Virus record (IMG/VR): IMGVR_UViG_3300001525_000506
Span: 1-64,000 of that record
Direction: 5' to 3' (one strand)
DNA from: a virus
Lineage: Duplodnaviria; Caudoviricetes
Length of the DNA stretch: 64,000 bases
Of this stretch, positions 17,950 through 27,555 are shown piece after piece. The translations under genes and the position numbers were made by a program. The notes under the pieces were generated by a model that was not told where the DNA came from, ran no database searches, and saw nothing but the letters and a program-made list of their open reading frames with translations. Every line of letters starts with the position of its first letter. The stretch's first letter is position 1.

Positions 17950-18231
17950 TTAGTTTTCCACACATACAACATTTTGCTTTCTGCATTTCGTTTTACTCCT
18001 TTTTCTTTCCACGTTTATCAACTGGAACGAGAGAATCCCAACATTATTAAGTTTCGACTCTTTTTCTATAAAGTCCCTTATACCATTGATTGTGTTTGCG
18101 GAATCGATTTTACGATTTATACTGATAATTGTAGTACCAATTCCGTCCGCAAAAATATATGCAATCAAATAATTATATGTTTTCATTGTTTCCTTCTTCT
18201 CCTTCACATTCGACTTCTCAGATGTTTTCAT
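17950..18231 (-). CDS. hypothetical protein
   Basis: Coupled ORF; start could be 18186. Confidence 0.6.
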   Translation of the reverse strand: MKTSEKSNVKEKKETMKTYNYLIAYIFADGIGTTIISINRKIDSANTINGIRDFIEKESKLNNVGILSFQLINVERKRSKTKCRKQNVVCVEN

Positions 18232-18832
18232 TTCTGTTCAAAGCCTTTTCGGCGTCCTCATACGTTTCATATAAGAATTGCTCTTGTGCTCTATACTTCT
18301 TTCCATAAAGCAAATATGATACGGATTTTTTATTAACAAAAACTTTTCTTATCTTATATTCCTTCACGCACTTTTCGAATTTCATAGAACGGACGTTGTA
18401 TTCGGGCTCTATTACAAAAACAGACTCACCCTGTTTGAATTTTGGTTGCGGATAGTTGTCGGTTCCATTATTTTTGTTATAAAACATTTTCATATTGCCT
18501 CTTGTGTCTATTTCTATCAAAGGCGCATTCTCGCAACAGAAAGTTGCAGCGTGAACGGCAGCACCGCATAACGCACTTAGAGTAGTTTCAAGGTCGTCTA
18601 TAATGAGTCCTTCTTTTTTAATTTCTTCTTTCGTTTCGGGATACACTTTTAGTTGTTCCCAAACTTTTACCGAAAGCGGCATGGGTATATCATATCCCAA
18701 GTTCTGTGCTTGCCAGCATATACATCTTGCCGCTCCCTCGTTGAATGTAAGGATTCGGCGCCCCGTTTCTGCCGATTCTTGTATGAGTCTTGTTGTCTTT
18801 CCTGAGGCGCGACCGCCAACAATTATTTTCAT
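18218..18832 (-). CDS. small P-loop protein with C-terminal extension
   Basis: Walker A GGRASGKTT, Walker-B-like LIIDD. Confidence 0.7.
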   Translation of the reverse strand: MKIIVGGRASGKTTRLIQESAETGRRILTFNEGAARCICWQAQNLGYDIPMPLSVKVWEQLKVYPETKEEIKKEGLIIDDLETTLSALCGAAVHAATFCCENAPLIEIDTRGNMKMFYNKNNGTDNYPQPKFKQGESVFVIEPEYNVRSMKFEKCVKEYKIRKVFVNKKSVSYLLYGKKYRAQEQFLYETYEDAEKALNRNENI

Positions 18833-19479
18833 TCTTCGTTCCATCTCCTTTCAGCTTCTTCCTCATCTTGCTTTTTCCACATTTCGAATACACGTTTCCA
18901 GCACTCGACGGCGTCATCGCATTCGCATTCGCCCTCGACACCGCCGCAGTAGTCGAACATTTCTTCGTCGAGCGGTGAATAGTTACAAGGCGAATCAAAA
19001 CTGTCTGCAAGATGTTTTGCAACCATTCTCGTAAATTTTTCGATTTCTTTATCGAGTTGACGCTCGAATTCGGTCTGCGGCGACTTCAAAATTGCGAACG
19101 GGATTTTATCGGGGAGAAAATATTTCGTCGGATGGATTTCGAGACCGCATATCGTCGGCGGGATATCAAGTACCTTAGTACGCCCTCCGCCCTGGTCGAT
19201 AGAGATAGGGATAGAAGGGGTTTTGCAAACATTTTCGTTTACGATAATCGTGTTTGCGAATACTTTCTCACGCAATGCAACGTCTTGTGCTTTTTTGATT
19301 TTTTGGACAATGTCTTCGAGCGTTTTCGTTTCAAAAGCGTCGTCTTTTGCCTTCTCGATGTCTTTTTCGGAAATGAATATACGATAATGTTCGTCTTTTG
19401 TCGCATTATATAAATCGACTTGATACATATTTATATTGCCGATAAATTCGATTGCGTCTATTTCAATTCTGTCACTCAT
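18829..19479 (-). CDS. hypothetical protein
   Basis: Translationally coupled ORF. Confidence 0.7.
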   Translation of the reverse strand: MSDRIEIDAIEFIGNINMYQVDLYNATKDEHYRIFISEKDIEKAKDDAFETKTLEDIVQKIKKAQDVALREKVFANTIIVNENVCKTPSIPISIDQGGGRTKVLDIPPTICGLEIHPTKYFLPDKIPFAILKSPQTEFERQLDKEIEKFTRMVAKHLADSFDSPCNYSPLDEEMFDYCGGVEGECECDDAVECWKRVFEMWKKQDEEEAERRWNEE

Positions 19480-19774
19480 TATGTTCCTCATTTTTCTTCT
19501 CGATTTCGAAATAAATCGTTTTCGGGTCGTACCCGCGTTTTTCCAATTCCTCGATAAAAGTTGGATAGTCTATCCATTCTTTCTTCTCCTTATCCCATTC
19601 ACGATTTCTTATGGGACGGTTTAAGAATAAGTCAAATAAGAGAAATAAATCCCATCTTCCTTTGCTATTTTCGGGTACAATTCCAAAGAAATCGTTTCCG
19701 AGGTCGGGATTGTTCTCGATATAAGCAAATTTCATTTTATTGCTTGGCTTAAACCCTCTTTTTCTTGGTTTCAT
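19472..19774 (-). CDS. hypothetical protein
   Basis: Translationally coupled ORF. Confidence 0.7.
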   Translation of the reverse strand: MKPRKRGFKPSNKMKFAYIENNPDLGNDFFGIVPENSKGRWDLFLLFDLFLNRPIRNREWDKEKKEWIDYPTFIEELEKRGYDPKTIYFEIEKKNEEHNE

Positions 19775-20172
19775 TGCGCCCTTTCCTCCAACTGGTCAAC
19801 AATATATTTACACTGGTCTTCGACGTATTCGAGCCCCCATACAACGCCGTTTTGCAAATAGGAAAAATCGTTTTCTCTTTGGTCTCTTGTTTCGGCATCA
19901 ATTAGACCGTATTCATAAGCCGTATCAAAGTCGCGGTCGTCGCCACAATGTCCGCAATCGAAACCAATGTAATATTTTGCCTTTTGTCCATAATCGTAAG
20001 GTAATGTGCCTGAAAAAGACAAACCGCCGTGACAATCGATATCGTAATCAATATAATCTTTATCCGTAGGCACCGACACATAGCCGTTTCGGAAACCCAT
20101 GTGAGTGAATACAATAATACAATCGTGACCTTTGTACTCGAATTGCTTTTCTACTATACCGAATTTATTCAT
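19771..20172 (-). CDS. conserved phage protein (GYV...HGGLSF...IGFDCGH family)
   Basis: Motifs in the translation. Confidence 0.75.
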   Translation of the reverse strand: MNKFGIVEKQFEYKGHDCIIVFTHMGFRNGYVSVPTDKDYIDYDIDCHGGLSFSGTLPYDYGQKAKYYIGFDCGHCGDDRDFDTAYEYGLIDAETRDQRENDFSYLQNGVVWGLEYVEDQCKYIVDQLEERAQ

Positions 20173-20521
20173 TGTCTTCTACCTCCTCCAAGTTTGGTTC
20201 TTGCAAAAATTCAAAGAATTGTGCCTGTATCTCATACGGTGCTATGTTTCCCCATTTTTCAGCATAAGACATCAATCGCGATGCAAAATTAACTAATGTT
20301 TCAGTTCGATATTGCTTAAGTTTCGCAATCTCGGTTTTATACTCGGAAACATCGCCGTAACCTGCCTTAATGAGTAACTCTGCACAATCTTCGGCGGTAT
20401 TAAAATTTTCCACATAATAAAGTGTCCCATCGGACATAACGCCTGTTTGTTTGACATTTTTACCAGCAGCGATTTTGATAATCTCTGCCATTCTTTTAAT
20501 TTGTTCTTGTTCAGTCTGCAT
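20165..20521 (-). CDS. hypothetical protein, GYGDVSEYK paralogue family
   Basis: Motif shared with 27536 and 39298. Confidence 0.75.
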   Translation of the reverse strand: MQTEQEQIKRMAEIIKIAAGKNVKQTGVMSDGTLYYVENFNTAEDCAELLIKAGYGDVSEYKTEIAKLKQYRTETLVNFASRLMSYAEKWGNIAPYEIQAQFFEFLQEPNLEEVEDNE

Positions 20522-20882
20522 GTTCTACCTCCTTGATGAGTTCGTCTATAAAGTATTTCACGTTATCTTTTGTGGCAAATGGGTTATATGGACTAATATC
20601 ATAAATGTGCTTTTTCACTTTATTCAGCACGTCGATTTGCGCTTGTTTTTTTGACTCTTCCAATTCAACAAGTTCAAAGTTGTTCTCGATAATGGTTTGG
20701 TCTTGCTTAATAATCTTTGTTTTTAGCCGCTCAATCTTGTTTTCATATTTACATATAAGAGCAAGAATATCTTTTAGCGTTTTTATCGGAATCCAATCTG
20801 CATGACCCTTATCCTCGTTTTTTGCATAGTTTATCTCGTATTCCAAAATTTGTTTAATATCTTTACTACGAATCTTTGCCAT
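20511..20882 (-). CDS. coiled-coil protein, KQAQIDVLNK...IDELIKEV family
   Basis: Motif and DNA identity shared with 39298-39744; promoter 20918-20947. Confidence 0.75.
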   Translation of the reverse strand: MAKIRSKDIKQILEYEINYAKNEDKGHADWIPIKTLKDILALICKYENKIERLKTKIIKQDQTIIENNFELVELEESKKQAQIDVLNKVKKHIYDISPYNPFATKDNVKYFIDELIKEVEHAD

Positions 20883-20985
20883 TTTACAATTACTCCTTTT
20901 GTTTGATTTGTACTCGTATTATAGCAGAATACTATATGCTGTGTCAAGAGGGTTTAATAAAGAAAAAGACCGAAATTTATTCGGT

Positions 20986-21297
20986 CTATATCCTTCCGAC
21001 GATTTCTCGTATCTTATCCACGATGTTCTCGTAATACTCCTTTTCCGATTTCAGCTTTTGTTCGTCTTTTAATTCGGAAATTTCTCGTTGCAGGGCTTGA
21101 ATTTGCGATTGCAGGTCTTTCTTTTCTTCTTCGTAGTCGGCTACGATATCGGCAACGTATCCGAATCCAGAATTGAACAGTTTATTCGCACAAAACTCAG
21201 CGAACCCTTCGAGAGAAAGATTGAAAAGTGCCGTTTCATAAATGATATTTTTCATAGACTCGATTTGTTTGCCATATCGCTCATTCGGTCTGTTCAT
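20986..21297 (-). CDS. hypothetical coiled-coil protein
   Basis: AGGAGG RBS; terminator near 20967-20987. Confidence 0.7.
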   Translation of the reverse strand: MNRPNERYGKQIESMKNIIYETALFNLSLEGFAEFCANKLFNSGFGYVADIVADYEEEKKDLQSQIQALQREISELKDEQKLKSEKEYYENIVDKIREIVGRI

Positions 21298-21550
21298 TTG
21301 GGTCCTCCTTATATTCGCTTGTGTCCAGTCCGATAATATCGCCTACAACACGAAACATTGCTCTCAGCTGCTTTTGAATCTCGATGTCCGACCAGTATTC
21401 GTGTTTGTCGCATTGTTGTATTGTGTCTGTCATCATCCTATCAATTATGAACAATAGAACAAATTCGTGTTGTTCTGCCGTTTCTGTATATGCGTCGAAT
21501 TTTCTTCTGAGTTCAATTGCGTCTTCCCTTGTTACTATCTTCATATCCAC
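21281..21550 (-). CDS. hypothetical protein
   Basis: Coupled ORF. Confidence 0.7.
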   Translation of the reverse strand: MDMKIVTREDAIELRRKFDAYTETAEQHEFVLLFIIDRMMTDTIQQCDKHEYWSDIEIQKQLRAMFRVVGDIIGLDTSEYKEDPNEQTE

Positions 21551-21783
21551 TCCTTTTCCCCGAACACGACATATCCATTTTGTTGTGCATAATCGGTAAT
21601 ATACGTAATTTGATAGAACTTCCCAAACATCTTCTTGTTCAGTTCGGCGTCGTCAACGACATTGTACATAACGATATCGCCGACTTCGTAATTGCGGTCG
21701 TTCTTGCGAATCTCGAACATTTTATCGCCGTTGAGTTTCGGTAACGCGAATTGCGCTTGTATCTTTAAGTTGTGAATTTTCAT
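21541..21783 (-). CDS. DUF3850 (ASCH/PUA-like) protein
   Basis: HNLKI...KMFEIRKNDRNYEVGD; paralogue of 38490. Confidence 0.8.
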   Translation of the reverse strand: MKIHNLKIQAQFALPKLNGDKMFEIRKNDRNYEVGDIVMYNVVDDAELNKKMFGKFYQITYITDYAQQNGYVVFGEKEWI

Positions 21784-22883
21784 TACGGCGACACTCCTTC
21801 TTTATTGAATATCCCACTATCGATAAGTCTTGTTACGAGCCTTTTAATCATTAGTGGTGGTACACTCATTCCGCATATATATTCTGATTTTTCTATGCCC
21901 AAATCGTAATCTTCAGGGAATGTTTGTGCGTGAAGCACATCTTCATCGCTTGGGTGATTACCTTTTTCTGTCCATATATCTCCGTGTCCCGCTGTTTGTG
22001 TTGGATATATATCGCTTTCTTTAACTACTCTATGAGTTATTCCGCTATTAACTCCATAGATACGCATCATACATTCGTTTACGGCTTCATTTGGTCGAAT
22101 TTGTTTTATTGCCTCGCTCATCTTGCCTTTTGCAATCTTTTCGTGGTCAGTCTTAAAATCGCCATATTTTATAGGCTCATAGTAGAAGTTGAGGTCAATA
22201 TCTTGCAAGTCAAAGTCCAATCTTGTTGCTACAAAAAATACACGATGACGAGTTTGTGGTACGCCCATATCTTCGCCCTTTAAGAGTTCGTGTCGCACTT
22301 TATAGCCTATGTCGTGGAACATTTTATAGATTTGTTTGACATACTTCCAAGCATTACCCAAAAGCAATCCCTCCACATTCTCCATAATCGCAACCTTTGG
22401 TCTTAATTTTGCAACAGTTTCGATAAAAACGAATACAAGGTCATCAAGAGTTTGTACTTTTTGCCCCTCTCTGAATTTCTTTTCTTTACCCCAAGCGTTC
22501 TCTCGTTCTCCTGCCATACTAAATGTTGAGCAAGGGGGCGAGCCATCAAGAATATCAAGGTGGTAAAGTTCTTCGGGTAGGTCATCAAGATTGTTAAAAT
22601 CTCGAATATCCATAAGATAGTTGTACTTTGGGTGATGGTTTTTTACATAGACATTGTTCATTCTTTTGTCGAGTTCACAATCTCCAATTACATCGCACCC
22701 TGCAAGTTTATATCCCATTGTACTGCCCCCCCCACAAGCAAAGCAAGAAAAGACTTTCAAGCCATTTTTAGGAGGATAGTCGGCAAAACTCCATTTCCAA
22801 TCTGTTGATTTTTCTCTTTTCAAATGATTTTTCATTTTATCATCTTCTGACAAAAAATCAAAAATACTTTGTTCGTTGTCCAT
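21783..22883 (-). CDS. DNA cytosine-C5 methyltransferase
   Basis: FACGGG (motif I), GSPPC (IV), ENV (VI), QxRxRxF (VIII), GMSVPP (X); start at MDNEQ. Confidence 0.95.
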   Translation of the reverse strand: MDNEQSIFDFLSEDDKMKNHLKREKSTDWKWSFADYPPKNGLKVFSCFACGGGSTMGYKLAGCDVIGDCELDKRMNNVYVKNHHPKYNYLMDIRDFNNLDDLPEELYHLDILDGSPPCSTFSMAGERENAWGKEKKFREGQKVQTLDDLVFVFIETVAKLRPKVAIMENVEGLLLGNAWKYVKQIYKMFHDIGYKVRHELLKGEDMGVPQTRHRVFFVATRLDFDLQDIDLNFYYEPIKYGDFKTDHEKIAKGKMSEAIKQIRPNEAVNECMMRIYGVNSGITHRVVKESDIYPTQTAGHGDIWTEKGNHPSDEDVLHAQTFPEDYDLGIEKSEYICGMSVPPLMIKRLVTRLIDSGIFNKEGVSP

Positions 22884-22885
22884 AA

Positions 22886-23209
22886 TTAATACCCCTCCTT
22901 TGTTATTCTTTTTTCGCAACGTTCCATAAGCCATTCTTTGCCGCAGAAACGAATATCGCGTATGAATCTCTCGTGTTCAGGTCCGAAACCGCAATAGCCT
23001 GGTTCGTACACGCAGGTGGTTGCGTCTTCATACAATCTCTTTACGAGTCTGTCGTGGTCGTGAAGTAGCGCATAAGCGGACTTGTATTCGGCGCTGTCTT
23101 CAGAATAGTCCAAGAGCGTGTTCTCGAGTCCGCCGAGAATGTCGTTCGCCGCATATTTGATGTTGTAAAACGCTTTCTTTTGTCTTTGATTCATTTTGCT
23201 AACTTTCAT
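22886..23209 (-). CDS. hypothetical protein
   Basis: ORF in operon. Confidence 0.7.
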   Translation of the reverse strand: MKVSKMNQRQKKAFYNIKYAANDILGGLENTLLDYSEDSAEYKSAYALLHDHDRLVKRLYEDATTCVYEPGYCGFGPEHERFIRDIRFCGKEWLMERCEKRITKEGY

Positions 23210-23224
23210 AATATACCCTTCCAT

Positions 23225-23374
23225 TTATTCAATAGCACTTTGCATATAGTCCAACACTTCGTCGATACTGTTAAGAGCCGAATTGAGATTGTCCATAACG
23301 GATTCAAGACGGTCTCTAAGTTCTTGCATTTGGTCTGCTATGTTTTCAATTTCTTTTCTGCGTTGTTTGTTCAT
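23225..23374 (-). CDS. small coiled-coil protein, 49 aa (MNKQRRKEIE...)
   Basis: AAAGGAG RBS and promoter upstream; not in the ORF track. Confidence 0.7.
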   Translation of the reverse strand: MNKQRRKEIENIADQMQELRDRLESVMDNLNSALNSIDEVLDYMQSAIE

Positions 23375-23461
23375 GGTAGTTACTCCTTTTGTGTTTTTGT
23401 GTCATTATCATATCATATGTCAACAGTCTGCGTCAAGTAGGGTTATGAAAAAAAATATAAA

Positions 23462-23545
23462 AGAAAAAAAGGCGTTTGCAGACACCTTTTTTCTCGTAGT
23501 TTCCTAAAATGCAAGGAAATAGCCACATGTTAATATGTATGTATT
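23462..23545 (-). ncRNA. candidate sRNA, copy 1
   Basis: TTGACA-17-TAAAAT promoter (23552-23580), hairpin TTTCCT/AGGAAA, terminator AAGGTGT/ACGCCTT plus U-run; duplicated at 28.8 kb. Confidence 0.6.
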
Positions 23546-23605
23546 TTCTTTATTTTATCACATCGATACCCGTTTGTCAATGGGTTTTCAAAAAGTTAAT
23601 AGCGA

Positions 23606-23875
23606 TTAAGATAGCCAAGAATCGTCATCGATTTCGTCGTTGCCTATGTTTTCGAGAACGAATTTTATTATGCCGATGAGCCAATCGAATGCGGCTTGCG
23701 AATGCGAGTCCGAGCGCTCCGATTCGTCCGCTTTGTCGGCTTGTTCGATGAGCTCTTCAAGTTTTTGTATGTTCGGGTCAAAAACCATTTTACGCTCAAG
23801 GCTGTCAGGCTCGTATTCGTTTGCCTTATCTTTGAATTCTTGTACTGCTTTTAACAAATCTTCATAGGTTGCCAT
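23606..23875 (-). CDS. hypothetical acidic protein
   Basis: GGAGG RBS. Confidence 0.75.
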   Translation of the reverse strand: MATYEDLLKAVQEFKDKANEYEPDSLERKMVFDPNIQKLEELIEQADKADESERSDSHSQAAFDWLIGIIKFVLENIGNDEIDDDSWLS

Positions 23876-24288
23876 TATTCCTCCTCCTTTTCTGTTTCTA
23901 CATCGCGAAAGCGTACGGTTTCGATTTCGTCTGTGTAAAACGTTGCAGGTACAGTAACTCTACTTTCAAGACAAAGCCTTCCATCCCTAAATGTGTAAAT
24001 TTTCCCGCAATTATCGCGGCGGTATCTCTGTCCTTGTTTTTGATTCTTGATAATATCTGACAGTTTCAAGTTAAACGGATGTCGTTTCTGGTATTCAACC
24101 AATTCTTGTGCTGCTTTTTTTATATGCTCGGAATCGGAAGGGATATAATTGGCATTTGGATTATCATAACATTCATGCTCCATCCATTTTATTATTTTTT
24201 TTCGTGCGTTATCGCAATCGCCTTTCACATCACCAAAATCTTCAAGCGGTATTTTAACTGCCATTTTTACTTCAAATTCAATTAACAT
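23875..24288 (-). CDS. hypothetical protein
   Basis: Coupled ORF. Confidence 0.7.
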   Translation of the reverse strand: MLIEFEVKMAVKIPLEDFGDVKGDCDNARKKIIKWMEHECYDNPNANYIPSDSEHIKKAAQELVEYQKRHPFNLKLSDIIKNQKQGQRYRRDNCGKIYTFRDGRLCLESRVTVPATFYTDEIETVRFRDVETEKEEE

Positions 24289-24476
24289 TATTTACTCCTT
24301 TTTCTGCACTCATCGCAGACTTTATTTCCTTTTGTGATTTCGGGACAAAAACAATATTCTTCATCACACTTATGTATTATATATGTTGTACTTGTTTCTC
24401 TTTTACATTCGGTTGCAATGCACTTGTTACCGTGAATATACTTGCAATTACTCGGACAGCCTGTCGTTATTTCCAT
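24288..24476 (-). CDS. small Cys-rich protein
   Basis: 8 Cys in 62 aa. Confidence 0.65.
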   Translation of the reverse strand: MEITTGCPSNCKYIHGNKCIATECKRETSTTYIIHKCDEEYCFCPEITKGNKVCDECRKRSK

Positions 24477-24726
24477 TCTTCAATTCCTCTCTCCTTTTAT
24501 TGCTTCTTTCCACAAAATCGAACATTGCTTTTTCAAACTTTTCTTCCTCTGTCAACTCGTGTCGTGTCTTATTCGGTTTTGACAACCTATATTGCCTTTT
24601 AGCCTCACGAATATTGTTCCGTCTTTTTCGATTGTTTAGTGGATATACTTTGTCATCAGAAAACGACATACATTGATTTAGAAACGCAATCACTCTTGGT
24701 ATTCTATAATCACTTTTACTTTTCAT
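24448..24726 (-). CDS. hypothetical basic protein
   Basis: Coupled ORF. Confidence 0.6.
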   Translation of the reverse strand: MKSKSDYRIPRVIAFLNQCMSFSDDKVYPLNNRKRRNNIREAKRQYRLSKPNKTRHELTEEEKFEKAMFDFVERSNKRREELKNGNNDRLSE

Positions 24727-25087
24727 TTTTCAATTCCTCCAACTTCTTTTCGGCTGCGGCTTTGTCGAAAAACAGTCTATCGCCTACTCCACTCAAATAT
24801 TCAGCGTTATAATCATCTGTACCGTCATTCCCTAATCTGAATAGAATATCCCAACCTAAAATGTCTATTCTTGCAACTTTCCATTCTTGAATATAATTGC
24901 CATAACAAGTGTAAGCGGCATCTCCGACCTTGCAAGGCAACTCTATAAGTGTTCCAGCCTCGATTTTATCTTCGAGTTCCCAAAGCCTGTCGATTAGGTC
25001 TTGAATTGTGACCTTGCCTTTACTTGTAACCGTTTTTATGTTTCTACCGTTTACGACTTGTGTTGTTGTCAATCTTTTATATTCCAT
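24716..25087 (-). CDS. hypothetical phage protein (YEDxxExGxLIxLPCKVGD family)
   Basis: LIELPCKVGD motif. Confidence 0.75.
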   Translation of the reverse strand: MEYKRLTTTQVVNGRNIKTVTSKGKVTIQDLIDRLWELEDKIEAGTLIELPCKVGDAAYTCYGNYIQEWKVARIDILGWDILFRLGNDGTDDYNAEYLSGVGDRLFFDKAAAEKKLEELKNEK

Positions 25088-25089
25088 AT

Positions 25090-25452
25090 TTATTCTTCCT
25101 CCTTATGATTTTCATAATACAACTTTGCGTGTTCACTTTTCTCGAAGAAGTATTGCAGTATATCCATCAAATTGCATACGTGACATAACATTTTGTTGAA
25201 TTTATCGAAGTCTGAATCGCTTGCAATTTCAGTATGAGGAATATGTACTCGTATTCGTTTGAGGTAAGAATCGTCTTCCGTAAAATCTGCGTAGAATTCG
25301 ATTTGCGGATATTCTACGCTTTCAATGTGAGCCATACAGATATTCCCATTCGGCTTTTGGCTGAACCAAAATCGGCAATCAAGATATCTATATCTATAAA
25401 AAATCGTTCCGTCTTGTTCTTTACTTGTATATTCTACTTCAAATCCTTTCAT
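25090..25452 (-). CDS. hypothetical protein
   Basis: Coupled ORF. Confidence 0.7.
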   Translation of the reverse strand: MKGFEVEYTSKEQDGTIFYRYRYLDCRFWFSQKPNGNICMAHIESVEYPQIEFYADFTEDDSYLKRIRVHIPHTEIASDSDFDKFNKMLCHVCNLMDILQYFFEKSEHAKLYYENHKEEE

Positions 25453-26132
25453 TCTTCATTATCCTCCGATACATACTGCCAACCTTTTGGCGGGTTTCTT
25501 AATATATTTCCGCAATGTTCTTCCCAATAGTCGTATTGACCGCCGTGGTATAAAGCATATTCTTCTTCGTCGGGCGGTATTGTTATGATACCGTATTTGC
25601 AAGCGCGATAATAGTGATACGGGTCGGGGCAAGGTTTGAAGAAGTCGCTGACCTGTTTGGGTTCGTCATATATCTTCAAATCGGATATGCGCCAGCCATA
25701 AAGCGGTTTGCCTTTGCCTAGTTTTTCGAGTTCAGAGCATTTCAAGTCAGTCGCTTCGCTGTGGCACTTCAAATACGGAAAGTAAGATGTACAATCATTT
25801 GGATAATCTACATAATACTTGTGGTCGTGGTTGTATTGCCATTCTATAATTTTGTCGCATACGAACTCGCCGATAACGTGTTCGTTACCGATATTCCAAT
25901 CAACATTGCCATCTACGTCGCAATTAAATGCGTTTCGGTAATCGCCAATAATGGCGTGGCGACCGTCTTTGCTTATAAGCAATGAGTTGCCCTGTGTTCC
26001 TTTTGTCGCATAAATATATCCCTTAAACGGCACTCCGCATTTCGGTGCGGTCTTGGACACGAGTACGGTACAATCGCCGTTTGCGACTTTTTCACAAATT
26101 CGGGGTGATACCGATTTCATTACTGCTTTCAT
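25449..26132 (-). CDS. ASCH/PUA-like protein
   Basis: MKAVMKSVSP...VIGEFVCD...LYGWRISDLKIYDEP...PPKGWQYV. Confidence 0.7.
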   Translation of the reverse strand: MKAVMKSVSPRICEKVANGDCTVLVSKTAPKCGVPFKGYIYATKGTQGNSLLISKDGRHAIIGDYRNAFNCDVDGNVDWNIGNEHVIGEFVCDKIIEWQYNHDHKYYVDYPNDCTSYFPYLKCHSEATDLKCSELEKLGKGKPLYGWRISDLKIYDEPKQVSDFFKPCPDPYHYYRACKYGIITIPPDEEEYALYHGGQYDYWEEHCGNILRNPPKGWQYVSEDNEE

Positions 26133-26713
26133 TTCAGTCCACCTCCGAATAGCCAAGTCAATCCGAAAAGGCTCAAAATTGATAATATAAACGTCATAAA
26201 GTTCATTTTTTTTGCACCTCCAAAAATATGTTCATTTACCGCATTCTTAAACGGGATACATTGATAGTCTTTCAATACAAACATCCACGCATTCGGCGCG
26301 TCGTATTCGTATAGTTGGAATATGCAGTCCTTCCAGTTCTTCATATTTGCAGATTTGAAGCGAGGCACTTGTATTTGATACTTTTTATCGTTGACAAAAA
26401 ACTCCAATTCCATAGCCATACCGTAATTGAATTCGATTACTGAATCGAATTTAACCTTATCGGCATTATTTCCGAAAAACATCTTAAATATGAATTTTAT
26501 CGTTTTTTCGGTTTCTTTGGTTTTCGATTCTCCCCATACATTATGCAAGTCCATATACAAGCCATAATCGTCAAATCCGTTCACGATAGCAGCTGCATAA
26601 CCGTTAAGGGCATCTAATTCGATTTCGATGTTTTTCTTTTCAAACTCGCGAAAATCGATTACTTTCTTTACTTGTTCAAGACTCTCCGTACAAGGTATTA
26701 TATTATCAAACAT
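26129..26713 (-). CDS. hypothetical protein with C-terminal hydrophobic anchor
   Basis: GGAG RBS. Confidence 0.7.
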   Translation of the reverse strand: MFDNIIPCTESLEQVKKVIDFREFEKKNIEIELDALNGYAAAIVNGFDDYGLYMDLHNVWGESKTKETEKTIKFIFKMFFGNNADKVKFDSVIEFNYGMAMELEFFVNDKKYQIQVPRFKSANMKNWKDCIFQLYEYDAPNAWMFVLKDYQCIPFKNAVNEHIFGGAKKMNFMTFILSILSLFGLTWLFGGGLK

Positions 26714-26715
26714 AT

Positions 26716-26907
26716 TTATTTCTCCTTCCACATTCTGTGTTTATTTCTTCTGCGGACACGAGCCGCATAATCGTATTTTTCTGCGCGAACGCTATCGAGC
26801 ATAATTTCACGTTTGGTTTTGAATTCGGCATAATCCGAACACGTAGCGTGACAGGTTTCGGTACGAGACGTGCAGTGCCTACAAGGGCAGTCGGATTCAA
26901 TCTTCAT
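26716..26907 (-). CDS. Cys-rich small protein, paralogue of 15280-15468
   Basis: DCPCRHC...CHATCSDYAEFK. Confidence 0.75.
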   Translation of the reverse strand: MKIESDCPCRHCTSRTETCHATCSDYAEFKTKREIMLDSVRAEKYDYAARVRRRNKHRMWKEK

Positions 26908-27091
26908 TTTCTTCCACTCCCTGATTCGTTTCATCGATGTCATCGATGTAATCAAGAAAATAGCATTTGCATTTGACACCGAGTATGTTATCATCCAATG
27001 CTTTGTCGCAAGTTGCTCCGTCATTGGTCTCTTGTTTGTGCAATTTGCAATATCCGTTCAACCAAAATAGACAATTCTCACAATGTGTCAT
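26897..27091 (-). CDS. Cys-rich small protein
   Basis: CxxC...C pattern. Confidence 0.65.
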   Translation of the reverse strand: MTHCENCLFWLNGYCKLHKQETNDGATCDKALDDNILGVKCKCYFLDYIDDIDETNQGVEENED

Positions 27092-27389
27092 CTTTTACTC
27101 CTAATGCTCTATCGATATTCTCTACCATTTTATCGCGCAATTCAGGGTGGAATTCACCATCTTTGTGTATTTTCCCTTGCGCCCAATCTTTAAGGCAATT
27201 GAGATACTCGTCCTTTACTTTGACTTTATGCTCAAGAGATAAGACACTCTTGTAGTTCATTAGACAAAGAGTGCTAATTGTATTCGCGAGGACATCAGGA
27301 CGAGATTTCAAAAAACCAAGAATGAACTCTTCGTCTGACAAACAATTTCCTAAATGACGATATTTGTCAACATATTCTATTAGTGTCAT
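27078..27389 (-). CDS. hypothetical protein
   Basis: GGAGGT RBS within the upstream gene. Confidence 0.7.
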   Translation of the reverse strand: MTLIEYVDKYRHLGNCLSDEEFILGFLKSRPDVLANTISTLCLMNYKSVLSLEHKVKVKDEYLNCLKDWAQGKIHKDGEFHPELRDKMVENIDRALGVKDDTL

Positions 27390-27555
27390 TATTTTCCACC
27401 TCCGCTTGTTTACATTCGGCACAACGCTTTCCGAGTGGTACTTTCTTGTGCAAAAGAATGCACCAGTAAAAGCCCGCCATATCGTAGTATTTGTATATAC
27501 ATCCGTCGCAATATTTGCCGCCTGGCACTTCCGTTTCAACCTTTATCTTCACCAT
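27367..27555 (-). CDS. Cys-rich miniprotein (CxxCKQAEVE family)
   Basis: Paralogous to 38725, 38915, 39111. Confidence 0.7.
   Translation of the reverse strand: MVKIKVETEVPGGKYCDGCIYKYYDMAGFYWCILLHKKVPLGKRCAECKQAEVENNDTNRIC

Noticed and set aside
18218-18832. Second terminase or thymidine kinase
   Set aside because: Only Walker-like motifs in a short domain; other family motifs are missing.
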